From Asterias rubens (Eukaryota), in assembly GCF_902459465.1 (NCBI RefSeq), contig NC_047067.1, positions 6,572,001 through 6,636,000 of the forward strand: DNA of 64,000 nt. Reading direction: 5' to 3'. Shown here piece by piece: positions 1 to 12,720 of the stretch. The translations under genes and the position numbers were made by a program. The notes below the pieces were generated by a model. The model ran no database searches, was not told the DNA's origin, and worked only from the letters and a program-made list of their open reading frames with translations. The stretch's first letter is position 1, and each line of letters starts with the position of its first letter.

Positions 1-270
1 TAAACAGTATTGTCCAAAGGCTCACACTTCGTGTATCACAACTTATATATAAAATAACAAACCTGTGAAAATTTAGGCTCAATCGGTCATTGGAGTCGGG
101 AGAAAATAACGGGAAAACCCACCCTTGTTTCCGCACGTTACTATAAATCCGTAATTCTCGTTGTCGAGAATTTATAATTGTTTCAATGGTTTCTCCAAAA
201 AGTAAAGAATTTCATGGAATAATATTTCAAGAGAAGTCTTTTACCTTTACCTTCTGTAAACCCTGAAAGT
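1..270. mobile_element. Kolobok-type MITE family A relative, truncated by the window edge
   Basis: Shares ATAAAATAACAAACCTGTGAAAATTT..GCTCAAT and ACCCTTG blocks with family A. Confidence 0.6.
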
Positions 271-399
271 TATTTGTAAATTTGTGAACTTTTTTTTCTG
301 TTCCGAAATTGTATAATGGTTTTAACTAAGGTTTGTATGTGAACATTTTTACACCATGTAATATTTGTATATCTGTGGACATTATTTGTATGGCGGCTT

Positions 400-560
400 A
401 CTGGCACCCAGAACAAAGATATTGGCAAAATAGAGAGGCCACCAACATAATAGGGCTGGAAAGAGCTCAGTTGGTAGAGCGCCGACCGAGGTCGTCGGTT
501 CAGGTCCCGCTCTAAAAATGTTTCTTTGTGCAACCTCAATTACACAGTCAGTTTCCCTTG
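400..560 (+). mobile_element. tRNA-derived SINE-like repeat, family T (not a functional tRNA)
   Basis: A box AGCTCAGTTGGTAGAGC and B-box-like GGTTCAGGTCC within 453-513; anticodon arm shortened; flanks homologous to the copy at 38900-39095. Confidence 0.7.
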
Positions 561-3500
561 TGGTTGTAACTTGATATTGGTGTTTTCATTCTTGCCATTT
601 TGTCCAAATCATTCATAACCCGACTGGTGTATGCAAACCAATAACTGAACTTGTGTTACAGCAACGGAACGATGGTTTGTATTTAATTGAAGCGGACTTA
701 GACATAAATATTGTCCGCGAAAGGAATTCAAATCATTATTGCGTCCGGAAACAGGACAATCCATCGCATAGTTGCCCTTCGCCTTCGCAGTCATTCCAAC
801 TAAAGACTACTGGTCCGTCTGGAGATGATCTATGGTTTACGTCAGGCTAGTTTAGCAGGCTACCCTTGATAGAGTTACGATATAATCCGTCTAGCTATCC
901 CATATATTCAGAGAATCTCCTTAGTGTATGGTCATCTCTGTTCCAGATGCGAGTTTCGTGCTCACTGGTTGATTTACACTCACCGGTCAGCAAAGTTGTG
1001 AGGAGTTACACTTTTATGCAACTTGGTTTCCCATCTACGTCCTATTTCACCTGACTTTGAATTGGTGTTGTTATTATTATTATTATTTTTTAGAAAAAGT
1101 ATCGCAAGTTACCGGGAGTGGTTGAATTGTGTGTTGTGTGTTGTAAATACAATCAATTACCAAACCAAACCATTGAATGTCCGATTATGAAGATCTGCCA
1201 TTTATTGTCGCATTCAAGCTTTGGAAAATAAAAGAACTGTGTACGGGGAGGCAACTTCATCACCTCGGTAGCGTCTTCACCAGTTTCTCGCAGAAGTTAC
1301 TCTGGTCATAGAGAAAAGACCACAGACTTGTGGTCCTTTCTCTATGTTCTTGTCAGACAGGAAGGAACCCGAAGGCACTGAAAAGCTTAGATTCCCGCGC
1401 AAACAATGAGCCAATTATATCCCACTTCCCAATCCTCTTTTTTACATTTCAAGAAGCGCAATACAGGATGCGTCTTGATGGAGCTCGCCGTGTATCATAG
1501 GCCGAACTTTCCACAGCAGCCTTCGGGCAGAGACTAATGTGAAAAGTAAGTTCATTGACCTTAAATACGCCAACATGTCCCCGCTATCCACATAATTATT
1601 TTGTAGTGCGTGACCTCGCCATGAATGTACATGGGATACAATCAATTAACACCATACCAGCCATGCACACAGGGCACAGAGGTTCCGGCTGGTACGCCCT
1701 CTGTTGACAGTTATTCTATGACCATGGGGATGGTGTTGCAAAGGCTAAACTCTCGTCTCACCGGAGTACAACAGAGTTCAAACCTGTTCCAGGCTGGAGG
1801 TGGGTCTTGCCCCTGCCCCCTTTGACGGAAATCTAGATCGAGTTTCACCATGTCTCGCCAGAATGGAGACAAACGTTTTGAGAAGTGGTGAGATGAGCAC
1901 TGTTTCTTATTATGGTTGAGAGTTTCTGCGTTTCCTAGGCACCTATGGGACTGATATCTAACCCCGTATGTTGCATGAGACACATGGCTTATTTTAGCTA
2001 AGGGACACAGTGAATCATCATTTTAAAAATGTTAACCTAAAAAAAAACATCCAAGCTTTTTTCTTCTCTACGGTCATACTTTGGTCAACAAAAATTGGAA
2101 ATTAAATCTGAATAAATACAAGGTTTTCAGATAGAGCCATCAAAGTTCATTGTTCTGTTTTTTTTTAATTTTTTTTAAAGTTTTTGTTAAGTCTGTGATT
2201 TGACCCTTTCGTCATCAGAAGTGTCTCAGTACTTTCTGAGTAAAGGCCCAGTCGCTCAGGCCCTGCGAACGAGAACGAAAACATTATCAGTACACGCCCT
2301 CGATTGGAGCTTGGGCGTTTTCTGTGCAGAGCAATTCAACCAATCGAATGCCTTCTCTCTTGTTATCGCTGCAGTGGACCAGACCTCAGCTCTAGTAGAA
2401 TTCGGACCCACGACCATGCATTCTACAGTAGACGTTATGTCAATCTGTATGGGCCACCGACAAGTGCGCCCGCAGGAGGCCACAGTTCGAATCATGCTAA
2501 TTCCTGAATTTTACTAAGTCGGGTACCGTGGATACTTAACTGTTTTGTTTGATCTGTAGGCCATGTTTTGTTTTCAATTGTCTAGTACATTTTACAGTCG
2601 TTTTCGAGTCATATGCAAAGCTACGAGACTGTAAACTGCAACTCTCTTCCACAAAACCATGTTCTTTAGGATAGACACACGTTCCCATTGCTACTTCTTT
2701 GTACGAGGTAAATGAAATTGTTTTGGCGGCAAAAATTACTATCATGGTGTAATTGTTAGTCTCGGCATTCCCACATTTTGTTGTGTCGTCATTTAGCCTT
2801 TCTGAAAAAAACTCGATTATGGTCGAAACGTCAGGCAATTAAATATTGTTCTGCATTTATACCACAAGTCCTTTTGGTTGGTAAGCAGTTTTCATTTACA
2901 GCTAATTCTATTTTCTTATCATGTTAGCCAATGAAAAGTGTGTTTGCGTGGTGGGGGGATGGACCCTTCATGACGGGGCGACCAGCATAGATGACAGTGC
3001 GATTGTCTCTGGGACAGTGTAAGCTGTTTTGCTTTCTGGTCTTTTTTTGGTCTTACGTAAACAGTTTCTGGTCTTACCTAACAGTAATTTTTTGTGAAAG
3101 GGTAATGACCACTGCAAATTAGTCAGGCGTAATGGATAATTGTCGAGTCTAAATTCAAAAAGAGAACAACTGTGTAATGACAGGATATTCAAAGGGTGTG
3201 AACACCAGTGCAGAATTGTCAAAGAAGAAAAAAAGAAAAAAAAAACACGTGTAAACCAAGTTATTCAAGACATTCTTTTGGTAGAGTAGAACAGAGAGAG
3301 TTATCCAATAGTTCAACCCTGAACAATTGTAAATATCTCCGAGGGTGAGGCTGCATTTTTGCGAGTTCAGTAATTGATGGGGACAGGAGCATGGCGTGAT
3401 GAGGGGCTGTTGATGCACCCGGGTCTCATCATCAGTCCATGGAGCTATAACCAGCCACCAGCTTCCACCCTCCTCCCCCACATCAAGCCAGCGACAAGAG

Positions 3501-5896
3501 ATCGCCACCGGCGAGGCTAAAGCCTGGTATTATCAATACCGGAACCAGGCCTGGTGGTCAAGCTTTACTAGCCTTTTAATCCCTGTATTAACCATTTGTA
3601 GCAGTTTGCCCAAATAATGCGAAATGCTACACCGCCACTGTGTGTTTTGTATACACACTTATTATTCGGGTGCTGTTCACCGTAAAGGTAAAAGACACTG
3701 ACAAGATCTGCTTTATTTGTACACAGCAGGTCGCATTAGGGACCGCATGAGCGCCCGCATTCACGCCGCTGTAAAACTTCCCAGTCAGACTCACCTTCGC
3801 TCTAGAAAAGAAAAAAAAAACTCCCAAGATTCCTGAGGTGGTGGTGAATAAATGCAGATTTTGACTTTTTGTCTCTGTGCCAAGGCCATCATGGACTCCA
3901 GCCGTAGGCAGCAATTATGAGGCGGCAACAGTACCGGAGGAGTCCGGTCTTCAACCCCGTGTGTTGACATTCGCAATCACCTGGCTTCCTTCTGTAAAAA
4001 AAAAAAAGGGACCCTATGGTTTGCAAACTACCGGCAGCTTAGGTGGTATTAACAGGTATATACACATAAAACGAACAGCCGCTGTCATATCGCCGGGTTG
4101 CCTTGCTGGCTATTAAATGTAACTACATCACTGGCACTTATAAGCCAAAGAGGGCAGGGTTAACTTTTTGTACGTGTCGAAGTTTCAATTATTAAGAGCC
4201 TCAAAACAACACGGTATCGGGGCTGCTTTCTTTTCGCATGATTACCAAGCAAATGTCAGTTGACAATAATGTAAGGATTGCAGCATTTAGTTGGTTGTAA
4301 GATCATCAGTGATTTGCTGTAGGCGACTTTTGGAACCAAGACAAGCTGGTATTTTCTGAGAGGCTGGTCGTCGGTGCCGGCGGACAGTTAAGTTTGTGAG
4401 GAAACCAGGTGGTGTGCATCAAACCCCTTGGGGACAACCAACACTGGTCTCGAGGGGATGTTAGGACGTTTACTTTAACCATAGAGCAAGGAAGAGTACG
4501 CATACAAAATCGTCCGTGGTGCTGCAAAAAAAAAAAGTGCATTTCGTACATACCAGAGAGCAGCGCACCTCGATTATCAAATTAAAAAACTGGAACTCCG
4601 TGATCACAATATTGTCACCCCACGACTGAGGTGACACTTTTTATGCCTCACGCTGGTTTCAGTTTTGTCTTGAAGCTTGGCCACGCAGGTATACACTTGA
4701 TTGCAAACTGTCTAGAAGGCCCTAGTCTATTGTAACGACGAGTCGTCAATGTAAAACTTTATTTATTCGGCAGCTGTTGCGTTGTTTCTTACTCATTCCT
4801 GAGATATGAACCCGCAGTAAGAAACTTGACTTCACGAATGACTAGTTATATTTATAGCCATATGGCACGCTAGGATTCAGCCAAAATCCGACTCGTGCAC
4901 CCGGAGAGCGTGGTGATGTGACAACGTGTCTTTAAATCAGAACGGGGAAACAAAACTGGCAAAGGGAGTGTGTGCTTGAATATCTTCAAGGCAGCTGTGA
5001 GGGGAACGGGCGAGCAAGCAACCAAGAAAAAAAAGTTTACGTAGTTGCGTGGAGTCAATCTTCATGTAACAAGGACGTTCCGTGACCTTTCTTGTCGTTG
5101 CAGTTGTATGCAATTTCAATACGTGATGCCAAGGAAGCAAGAAGCTCTGACCCGAATACCCTGACGACGAGACTTGTTTTGTTCGACTCTAACTCCAGTT
5201 GTTTGACCAAGGTAGATACGAAGGCACAGAAACTGACTTGGATTCTAAACTCCTTCCTCGCCTGCTGGGATTACCGTGGTGGACGCCGTTTGCGTTTATT
5301 TATGTACCCTGGACTGGGTGGTAACAATAGGCCGCACTTCTTTTTTCGGGGTTTGTCACTTTGAATAGGGTTTACTTGAAGACGCGACGAGTGTGCCCCT
5401 GTACACAAGCTTTGTTGACCCAATGGACTGCTTAAAAAATTTCACATAGGATGATCTGCATTAGAAGTAGCATGGGAACATGGCCTGAGTTTAACCCGTC
5501 AAATACAGGTCCCGCCACCGCAATATTTACATCGCAAGCGCTCAGCCCTGTCTTAATTTTTGTAGGACACGAGGATTTGATGAAGTGAACTCGGTCGTCT
5601 ACGATTCGTTGAAAAAGACATCACACATAAGACTCGCAGACTTTTCAGTGTGTCTTCTTCTTCAGCGGCGGAGAGACCGGGGGATCGAGCGAAGAGAAAA
5701 AACTATCATCGATCGGTGTGACGTCGGCCGGCGTTTTAGTAGTGGAAATCTCACTTATCTTGGAAACCATCCAAAACCCCGTCAATCGCAGTTGGAAGTA
5801 GTAGACGACACGACACTGAAGTTCAAAGCTTACTCACTCGTGAGGGCGGATTTCGGATTGTAGTAGTAGTACACTGTTTACCATTAACTCGCTGTG

Positions 5897-5942
5897 TATA
5901 AAAACGCACCTTGCGGATAAACTTTCCAAGTATTATATATAA
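5897..5942 (+). promoter_or_regulatory. Candidate TATA-containing core promoter of the VWDE-like gene
   Basis: TATAAAA at 5897-5903 and TATATAA at 5936-5942, downstream of a CpG-rich stretch (~5580-5870) and ~140-180 bp upstream of the signal-peptide ATG at 6079. TSS not determined. Confidence 0.45.
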
Positions 5943-6078
5943 GGAGCCTGGGTTGTCTTCGTCTGCTTGTTGTGAAAGGTGTAATTCCACTGATATTCTT
6001 CACTTCATCCGTCTACGATAAATGAGAACACTGAAGATAACTTTGGAGTTTTCAAGGTTCTCTTACTGGACCGAAGAC

Positions 6079-6166
6079 ATGGCCAGGGATGCGGCCATCG
6101 TAGTGATGTCTCTCCTAGCGTATGTGTGGAGCACCACGGGACAGCTTACGCAAGATCTTCCATATC
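6079..6166 (+). CDS. VWDE: VWDE-like exon 1 (signal peptide) MARDAAIVVMSLLAYVWSTTGQLTQDLPY
   Basis: ATG, basic n-region, hydrophobic h-region and TTG/Q cleavage-like site. Donor GTAAGT at 6167. The phase-1 end joins exon 2 in frame (C+AA=Gln). Linkage across 31.5 kb is inferred. An in-frame upstream ATG exists at 6022. Confidence 0.65.
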
Positions 6167-7984
6167 GTAAGTCAATTTCAGTTTCACTAATGTTACAAAT
6201 TTCTACTCACACAATAACAGACTTTAACAATATTGTTAATAATATAAAGTATTTAATGAAGTGTTTAATTATTTCTTCCTTTGATTGTCCAGTCCATGGA
6301 GGGAGGAAAAGACTCCGGATTCTATAGTCATCTACCCACCCCCATGTTTAAAAGTTTGGAATATAGAAACTTCTTTTTTTTTTCTCATCTGTAAAGTAAC
6401 ATTTTTTGCGTTCGCAAGTTGTTTGTGTTTGTATTAAATTTCACCAAACGCCACTTTGGTATTAATAAAAACCGTTTACGCTCAATGTTAATTTCTTATG
6501 TAATTTGTAAAGGCATCTTGTTCTAAAATTGTTCCATCCATATTTAGTATAAGCTTCAACAAATTAGATTAAGATAACATATTTGAATATTTGGTTTCGT
6601 GTTGATTGTTTGCTATCCACGAGTCTTAGCCACGTTCCTCTCTGGCCGATTTCAATGTTGCTTTTTTTATTTTTTAAGAAAGTTTTTCTTTTTGGCGTGT
6701 GTGTGGTTTGAATGTTTGAAACAGATGTGACAGTACCATAGAAGACGTAGTCGTTTCCGAATTCCACTGTTGATATCTTAATTGAGCGTGTGTCAATTTG
6801 GAGGTCATTTAATGTAGACTTCATCAAAATGGCAGCTGTTTTTTATTGAAGAAAATTGTTTAGGCCTGCGGGGAGAAAATACAGTCGGTGTTTGGTTGTA
6901 TCACCATGGAGGCTGAAATATCACTATGCGCGGATTGCTTGTCAAAAGATTCCTCACGAAGGAGGAGAAGGGAGCTGTTGTTTTATAATTCCCTTTCATA
7001 ATATTTTTTTATTCCGCTTGTTGGTGATTTCTTGTGGCTCTTTTACATTGTTTTATCTCGGGATGACGTGGCCCTTTTCATATTGCTATCTGAGCGTTTG
7101 TTTTATTGTATGCAATGACTGGTTAATTCTTTTGCTTACTCTGCACTTTGGTATATGTGGCGCTTTTGGGTTTTTGGTGCGGTTTGGGAATTGGGACGTG
7201 AGCGAAATTCTGCAATGTTACTTGTACATGTTAAAGGAACATTGACAGAAATGGTAAGACGAAAAATTGTGAAGATCACAGATTTACATAAAACTTACAC
7301 GGTCTAATGGTGATGGTAGTAAAGACAAATTCATTGAAATATCACTTGTCCGGAATGTGATATTTTGATGAGAAATAAATATTATAATTTCGCGTGTGGA
7401 GTATCGCTTAGCGAGCGTTTATATTCATTTTCTGTTTGCGTGGAACAGGAACACGATGCCTAATGATGTATATTACGTGTAAAAGATGCTCTTCCCATCG
7501 AAGATTGTACAGCAGGACATCCATATCCTTAGTTCTCGTTTATGTCAACATTTATGGGCCGGCTTGCGTAGTTACCACGCCGCATATATTCAACGCATGC
7601 ACAGGGGGATGATTGAGTTGAGTGAGGGGGACTGTTGTAATTTGGTTACGGCATTGTGTGTCCGTGAACAATAGGCCCTTAAACAATTTGGATGGTTTTA
7701 TTGGGGAAAGGGGTGCAGCGGAATGACGTCATCATCTAAAGCGGTCACTGTCCTTTCAGTGTTAATAATATAATAGTCTGGATGTAAAGGATGACCCCAA
7801 CCTTAACCCCATTACCCCATACTCGTGCCCGACCTTCATGGTGTGTGTCTCGACAATAATAACAGTGTCCTCCCCTAATGATGCCATGTCACTACCCCCT
7901 CCCCCCATCATCACTCCACACAGCTTGTTTTGATTACATATTAATGCATCCACCCCTCCATCCGTGACCGTTCATGAACTGGAG

Positions 7985-8008
7985 AGAAAGAGAGAGAGAG
8001 AGAGAGAC
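7985..8008. repeat. (GA)n microsatellite
   Basis: Direct observation. Confidence 0.85.
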
Positions 8009-9334
8009 GAAGACTTAAATAATGAAGAAGTCAAATCGTGTCCTACATTTCAATTATTTATATTTTACTCTTCCGATTGACGCCCGTGTAGTAGTGGTGT
8101 TATACTGCGAAGGAGACTGTGTTTAATATGGGGATTTCCAGGTGTTCCGGTTTTCGGGGTGACTGAGCTGTCGAAGGTATCACAGTTGATAACAGTCATC
8201 GAATTTCTGGCGTATCATTCGCCTATATTTAGTCACCATCTTTTTCTTGTCGAACACGAACTTTAAAACACCATGTGTGTGATATTGTCTCTAAATGTGG
8301 TGCAGATTTGAATTAAGTAATGTCATTGGAACCCAGAAGCTGAAAGCTTGAGCAAGAGGCTATGTGCACAGATCTCCACAAAATAAGTTTGCTGTGACGT
8401 GTACGTGATAAGCCTACTTCATGTTGAGAAAATTGAATTAGGTGTTGCAAACTGCTGCTTGTCCAACCAAAAGAGACCTGTGGTAAAAATGCAAAAAAAA
8501 AGTTAATGGCCTGACGTTTCCACCATAGCTGAGTCTTTCTCGAGGGCTAATCCTTTTTTCATTTTATTAAATAAAACAACTTAAAGTTATGTTGTTAACA
8601 AAATAACTCATTTGTTCATATAGTTCAATCCTTCAAAACAGACACAACGGGAAAAAAATATTCCCGTGAAAATTCCTACAAAATAACGAATACCTTTGTT
8701 GGGTTTAAACCCATTGCAGCTTATGCACCATATGCTAATTTGAATTCGAAGACCAGTTAGAAAACGCGGCCATTTTGTATGACGCCACCATTCGTCTCCC
8801 GATGTACGTGTATAAATCTTTCAAACTGAAATGGCTAACTATATCATTAACACCGGTATGTTTGAATCTCTTGCTCAGCGCAGTTGGAATGTTCGTTCAC
8901 TCTCTATCTCGTTAATTATGTCTCGTAAAGTCCATCGCACCGAGAGCTCAAATGGAAATATTTAATTGCTGTACTTCTTGAGTTATCATCAAGGTAGAAT
9001 TAAGGTACGGGTTAAAAAAAAACTGTTAACTTAGTTTCTACTCACACACTAAGTATGAAGAAATGATATTTAATATTTGTACATTGTGCAAAGCTGCAAC
9101 ATTTAGTTGTTGTTACGATATAATAACCAATATCCTAGCACAAAAATTGTGCGCAAAATGGTTTGAATTGTGCCTTTATTAAAAAAACAAAAACAAATTC
9201 CCCTGCTGCAGTGATGCGCGTGACATTTTCTGTCATATTCCCCAACCCCTCCTCCGAAAAAGAAAAAAAAACCAAATCAAATAAATCACAGTGTTAACCA
9301 CATCCAGCTGATCATTGGTTGACGAAGACCCGAA

Positions 9335-9895
9335 CAGGACTTGAGCCTGCGACCCCCGGATGAACGTGCCGGTGTGGCGGTTTCATTCTTCCGCCGTGTT
9401 CAGTTTTCCGGGTGACGTAGCCGGACATTTCACCACGTTGTTCGAACGGTTTAAGCTTTCCGGCGTGTTCAGTTTTCCGGGTGACGGAGCCAGAATACCG
9501 CCGCGAGTACCCTGACGAGTACCCTGACGAGTACTGTAGTTCTCTCGGTGACCCCAAATTGTTTATTATTACGATTCTTTTCTGTTTAGTCACATTCTCT
9601 TGCCCCATCTTTACACGTTCATGCGTACAACTTTAAGCAGGTCACACTGCTTGTGCCACGCCAAAATTCTCTCATACGATCCACGCGTTCGCCGCTCGTT
9701 GTACTCGTGGACGCCGCCATGACAGCTACCGGTGAGTAACACGGATGACTCAATACAGCACTAAAAATTGACTACTTTTGCTTGTTGTGCGCAGGCATCG
9801 CATGACGTAATGTTACCGTATTTAGTCATTCGGAAAACTGAACACGACGGAAAGTTGAAACCGCCACACCGGCGCTCTACCAAAACGAACTATGT
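9335..9895 (-). mobile_element. Family T SINE tRNA-like head split by the Ginger element
   Basis: Removing the insert and one CCGG gives GAGCCTGCGACCCCCGGATGAACGTGCCGGCGCTCTACCA, the reverse complement of the tRNA-like head seen at 453-513 and 38963-39032. Confidence 0.7.
9373..9868. mobile_element. Non-autonomous Ginger1-type DNA transposon (496 bp)
   Basis: ~44-bp TIRs TGTGGCGGTTTC...(9373-9416) and ...GAAACCGCCACA (9825-9868); exact CCGG duplication at 9369-9372 and 9869-9872. TGT/ACA termini with a CCGG TSD is the described Ginger1 signature. A subterminal copy of GTGTTCAGTTTTCCGGGTGAC lies at ~9465-9485. Confidence 0.8.
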
Positions 9896-11309
9896 TCTGT
9901 GTTCAACAACCCATAATTGTTTTAACATTTTACCCATTATGTTTCCTCTACGGTGGTTTATCACTTGATTTAATATTTGTCTCGGCAAGTCTTTGTTTTC
10001 TGCAGCACCAGCTCTTTTTTCCAGCGGCCTAGAATTTTTAGAAGGTCTTCGGTTCCCGTCTCATGAAGCTGTTGCTTCCAGTTTCTGCTTCTCAGACCAC
10101 CATGTGGTCCTAGACCCGCCTTCTTGTTCTACACCATCATCAATGTTAGGTATGAGATCTAGAGCATGTAAAAACCCATCAAAAACTATAGCAGGTGGAC
10201 TATTACCAGCCCTTCTGATGATTGCTTTATTTGACACGAGGGACTGAAAATGAATGCGCTATTATTATTAATCTTGATCAGTGATGGGGTTGACCTCAGA
10301 TGACCCATGTAGTCTGCGGGAAAGGACCTTGTCGTGGACGCTGCTGTTGATCCCAGTACTGTCCATGAAATTATCTCTGATCCAGAATTGATTGATTAAT
10401 CAAGATCACAGAATGCAAACGTAAATTTTTGACTTTTGTTCTCTAAGCAATCGAAATGTCGTTTTGTTTTGTCTAAATACTGAGTGGGGCACCAGTCACA
10501 GCAATGTTATGTAGGCGCTAATAATTTTGGCTCGTATAATCGGGTTTTGTTAAGCAACACTTTTCTGTGCTTATCATTTTTTGTGCTTTAAGAAATTGGG
10601 ACACGGTTTTTGCCATTCGTGCAAATTTGAGATCACTCTCTACTAACGGGCGATATTCGGAACACAATATTTTCGAATCACCGAAGGAATATGATCTTTA
10701 TAAATAATGTAATTTTTGAGAACATTATTGAAGAAATCAACATAACGCAGCGTACGTGTTTTATTAGACTACGACTAAAGCTTACCATTAATTTCATATT
10801 TCCTAATATCGGCTACTTGTGGTTTGGTGGTTCATGGCAATTTGACAGGATTCAACATCCCTTTCGATTGTGTTCTGTTCGTCTATGAAGAAACCCGTTT
10901 CAAATTGGCTTTTCCTTGAGAGTTTAATTCTAGATCAAGGCTAGTGCATGGACGCGATTTGGAACACGTACTTCGGAAAGACGTAAAAACCTTCATCGGC
11001 ACCTGTTGAAACTTTGAAAGTTTTTTCTTGGAATCTGAAATTGTCAATGGAAGAGTAATTTATCTCCACTGTTTGTTTTCTACATGGCGCGTCACAGTTT
11101 GCTTAATTATTGTGCTCCCGATTTTAACCCATGCACCGTGTCGCAATCCCCTGTTTTGTTAGTCACTTTGGAAACGCCCCCCTTTCAGTAGGTAATGTGC
11201 GATAGCACACGGGGGGCTCTATGGTCAGGTCTATGTTCAAACATTTATCAATTTGTAAACCCCAATCATGGCAATCAGATCAGATGTATGAAGGGCATAC
11301 CCCATTTGA

Positions 11310-11672
11310 AGGCACTGTACACCGTTCGTATGGTTGTCAATGACCAGTATTCTCACTTGGTGTATCCTAACATTATGTATAAAATAACAAATCTGTGAAC
11401 ATTTTGGCGCAATTTGTCATCGCAGTTGCAAGAAAATAATGAAAGAAAAACACTCTTGTTGAACATGAGTGCTTTCGGATGCATAATAAAAAGCTTCATT
11501 GCCGAAATTTATAAATATTTAAGTGATAAATAAAGTTACCTCTTTCTCAAAAACTACGTAAATTCAGAGGGAGTCGTTTCTCACAATTATACCATCAACA
11601 GCTGTCCATTGCTCGTTTTTTAGTAAGTTTTTGTGCTCGAAAATATTTTGAGTATTTACCAATAGTGTCAGT
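11310..11672. mobile_element. Kolobok-type MITE family A
   Basis: AGGCACTGTACAC... left end; diagnostic CAGTATTCTCACTTGGTGTATC block; degenerate far TIR. Confidence 0.8.
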
Positions 11673-11761
11673 AGTCCCCATGAACAAGTAAGAACCAAAT
11701 TTTGTCACATGCATTAGTAAGACCCAAATATCCGTAATCCGGACTAATCCGGTAGTTTATA

Positions 11762-11982
11762 CCGTCAACCGTCGTTGTAAAGAGTCAACCATTGTTATAA
11801 AGAGTCAACCATCGTTATAAAGAGTCAACCATCGTTATAAAGGGTATTGTTATGAATAGATTCTGCTTATAAAGAGTATATTCTGAAGACACGAATCTCT
11901 TTTTTTTTTTTTTTTTTTACTGTCCTCTTATCATATTCCGGTTATAAAGAGTTAATGTGATCTTGTTAACGACAGTCGACTG
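11762..11982. mobile_element. Tc1/mariner-like MITE with an internal 20-21-bp tandem repeat
   Basis: TA|CCGTCAACCGTCGTT ... AACGACAGTCGACTG|TA; AAGAGTCAACCATCGTTATA repeated ~3 times at ~11779-11845. Confidence 0.55.
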
Positions 11983-12720
11983 TACTCCACAGGCAGAGAA
12001 AACTGCTTCAAATATTTTGACAAAATTCCTTTCCCGTTCAACCATTCTATGAGGCAATCTAAATGTCGACTCTTGAAAACCTCAATCCTGGAGGTGGTCC
12101 TCTTGATCATAAACTGTTGAGTCTTCCTTGACGAAACATCGTTTATATAGCGGTCTTAGGCTTACTTATGTTGTTTACTTGTCAACCCACAGATTGCAGA
12201 TTGTCAACAATCACTCATCGGTTCGTAGATTCGGATATTTATTAGAAACAACATCATCATCATCATGCAGCGGTCGCAATCGAGATAAAAGAACTATTTT
12301 TGTTAGAAACAGTGTTTGAGTTGTTTTCACATCTTTCCCTGTTCCATCAAAAACAAACAATTGGTACCGAATATGTTGCGATGCTTTGATCCAGTGAGGC
12401 AAACAAATATGAACATTTATTGAGGGTATGGGTTCGAGGGTGAAACCGTTATTGCCAAAATAGGCACCCAGTGTCGCCCCAAGCATGCCCCAAGCAACCC
12501 CACAGAAACCCGAGAAGGTCAGGTTGATGTGTAATAGTCGATAAGTTGCGAACACGATAAGGGCCGTGCCTCCTTTGAGCATGCTGTGAATTTTTTTTGT
12601 CTTTGACATTTATTAATTCTTAGTAAAAAGAACAGGGGGCGTATTTCATAGTCGGTCACGTTTTTTGATTGTATCAGGTAGTTGAGGCAATAGTGTATTT
12701 TCCTTGCCTTTGTAGATTAA

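Noticed and set aside
453-513. Functional tRNA gene
   Set aside because: Anticodon arm truncated, acceptor stem does not pair, and it is part of a dispersed repeat. The same applies to 38963-39032 and 44679-44750.
4320-4560. Protein-like frame with one stop (DFWNQDKLVFSERL...)
   Set aside because: No recognisable homology or splice signals.
6856-7245. 129-aa ORF with TM-like stretches
   Set aside because: Hydrophobicity comes from T-rich intronic composition; non-ATG start.
12211-12609. 132-aa hydrophobic ORF on the minus strand
   Set aside because: No recognisable family, splice context or promoter evidence; consistent with a chance ORF.
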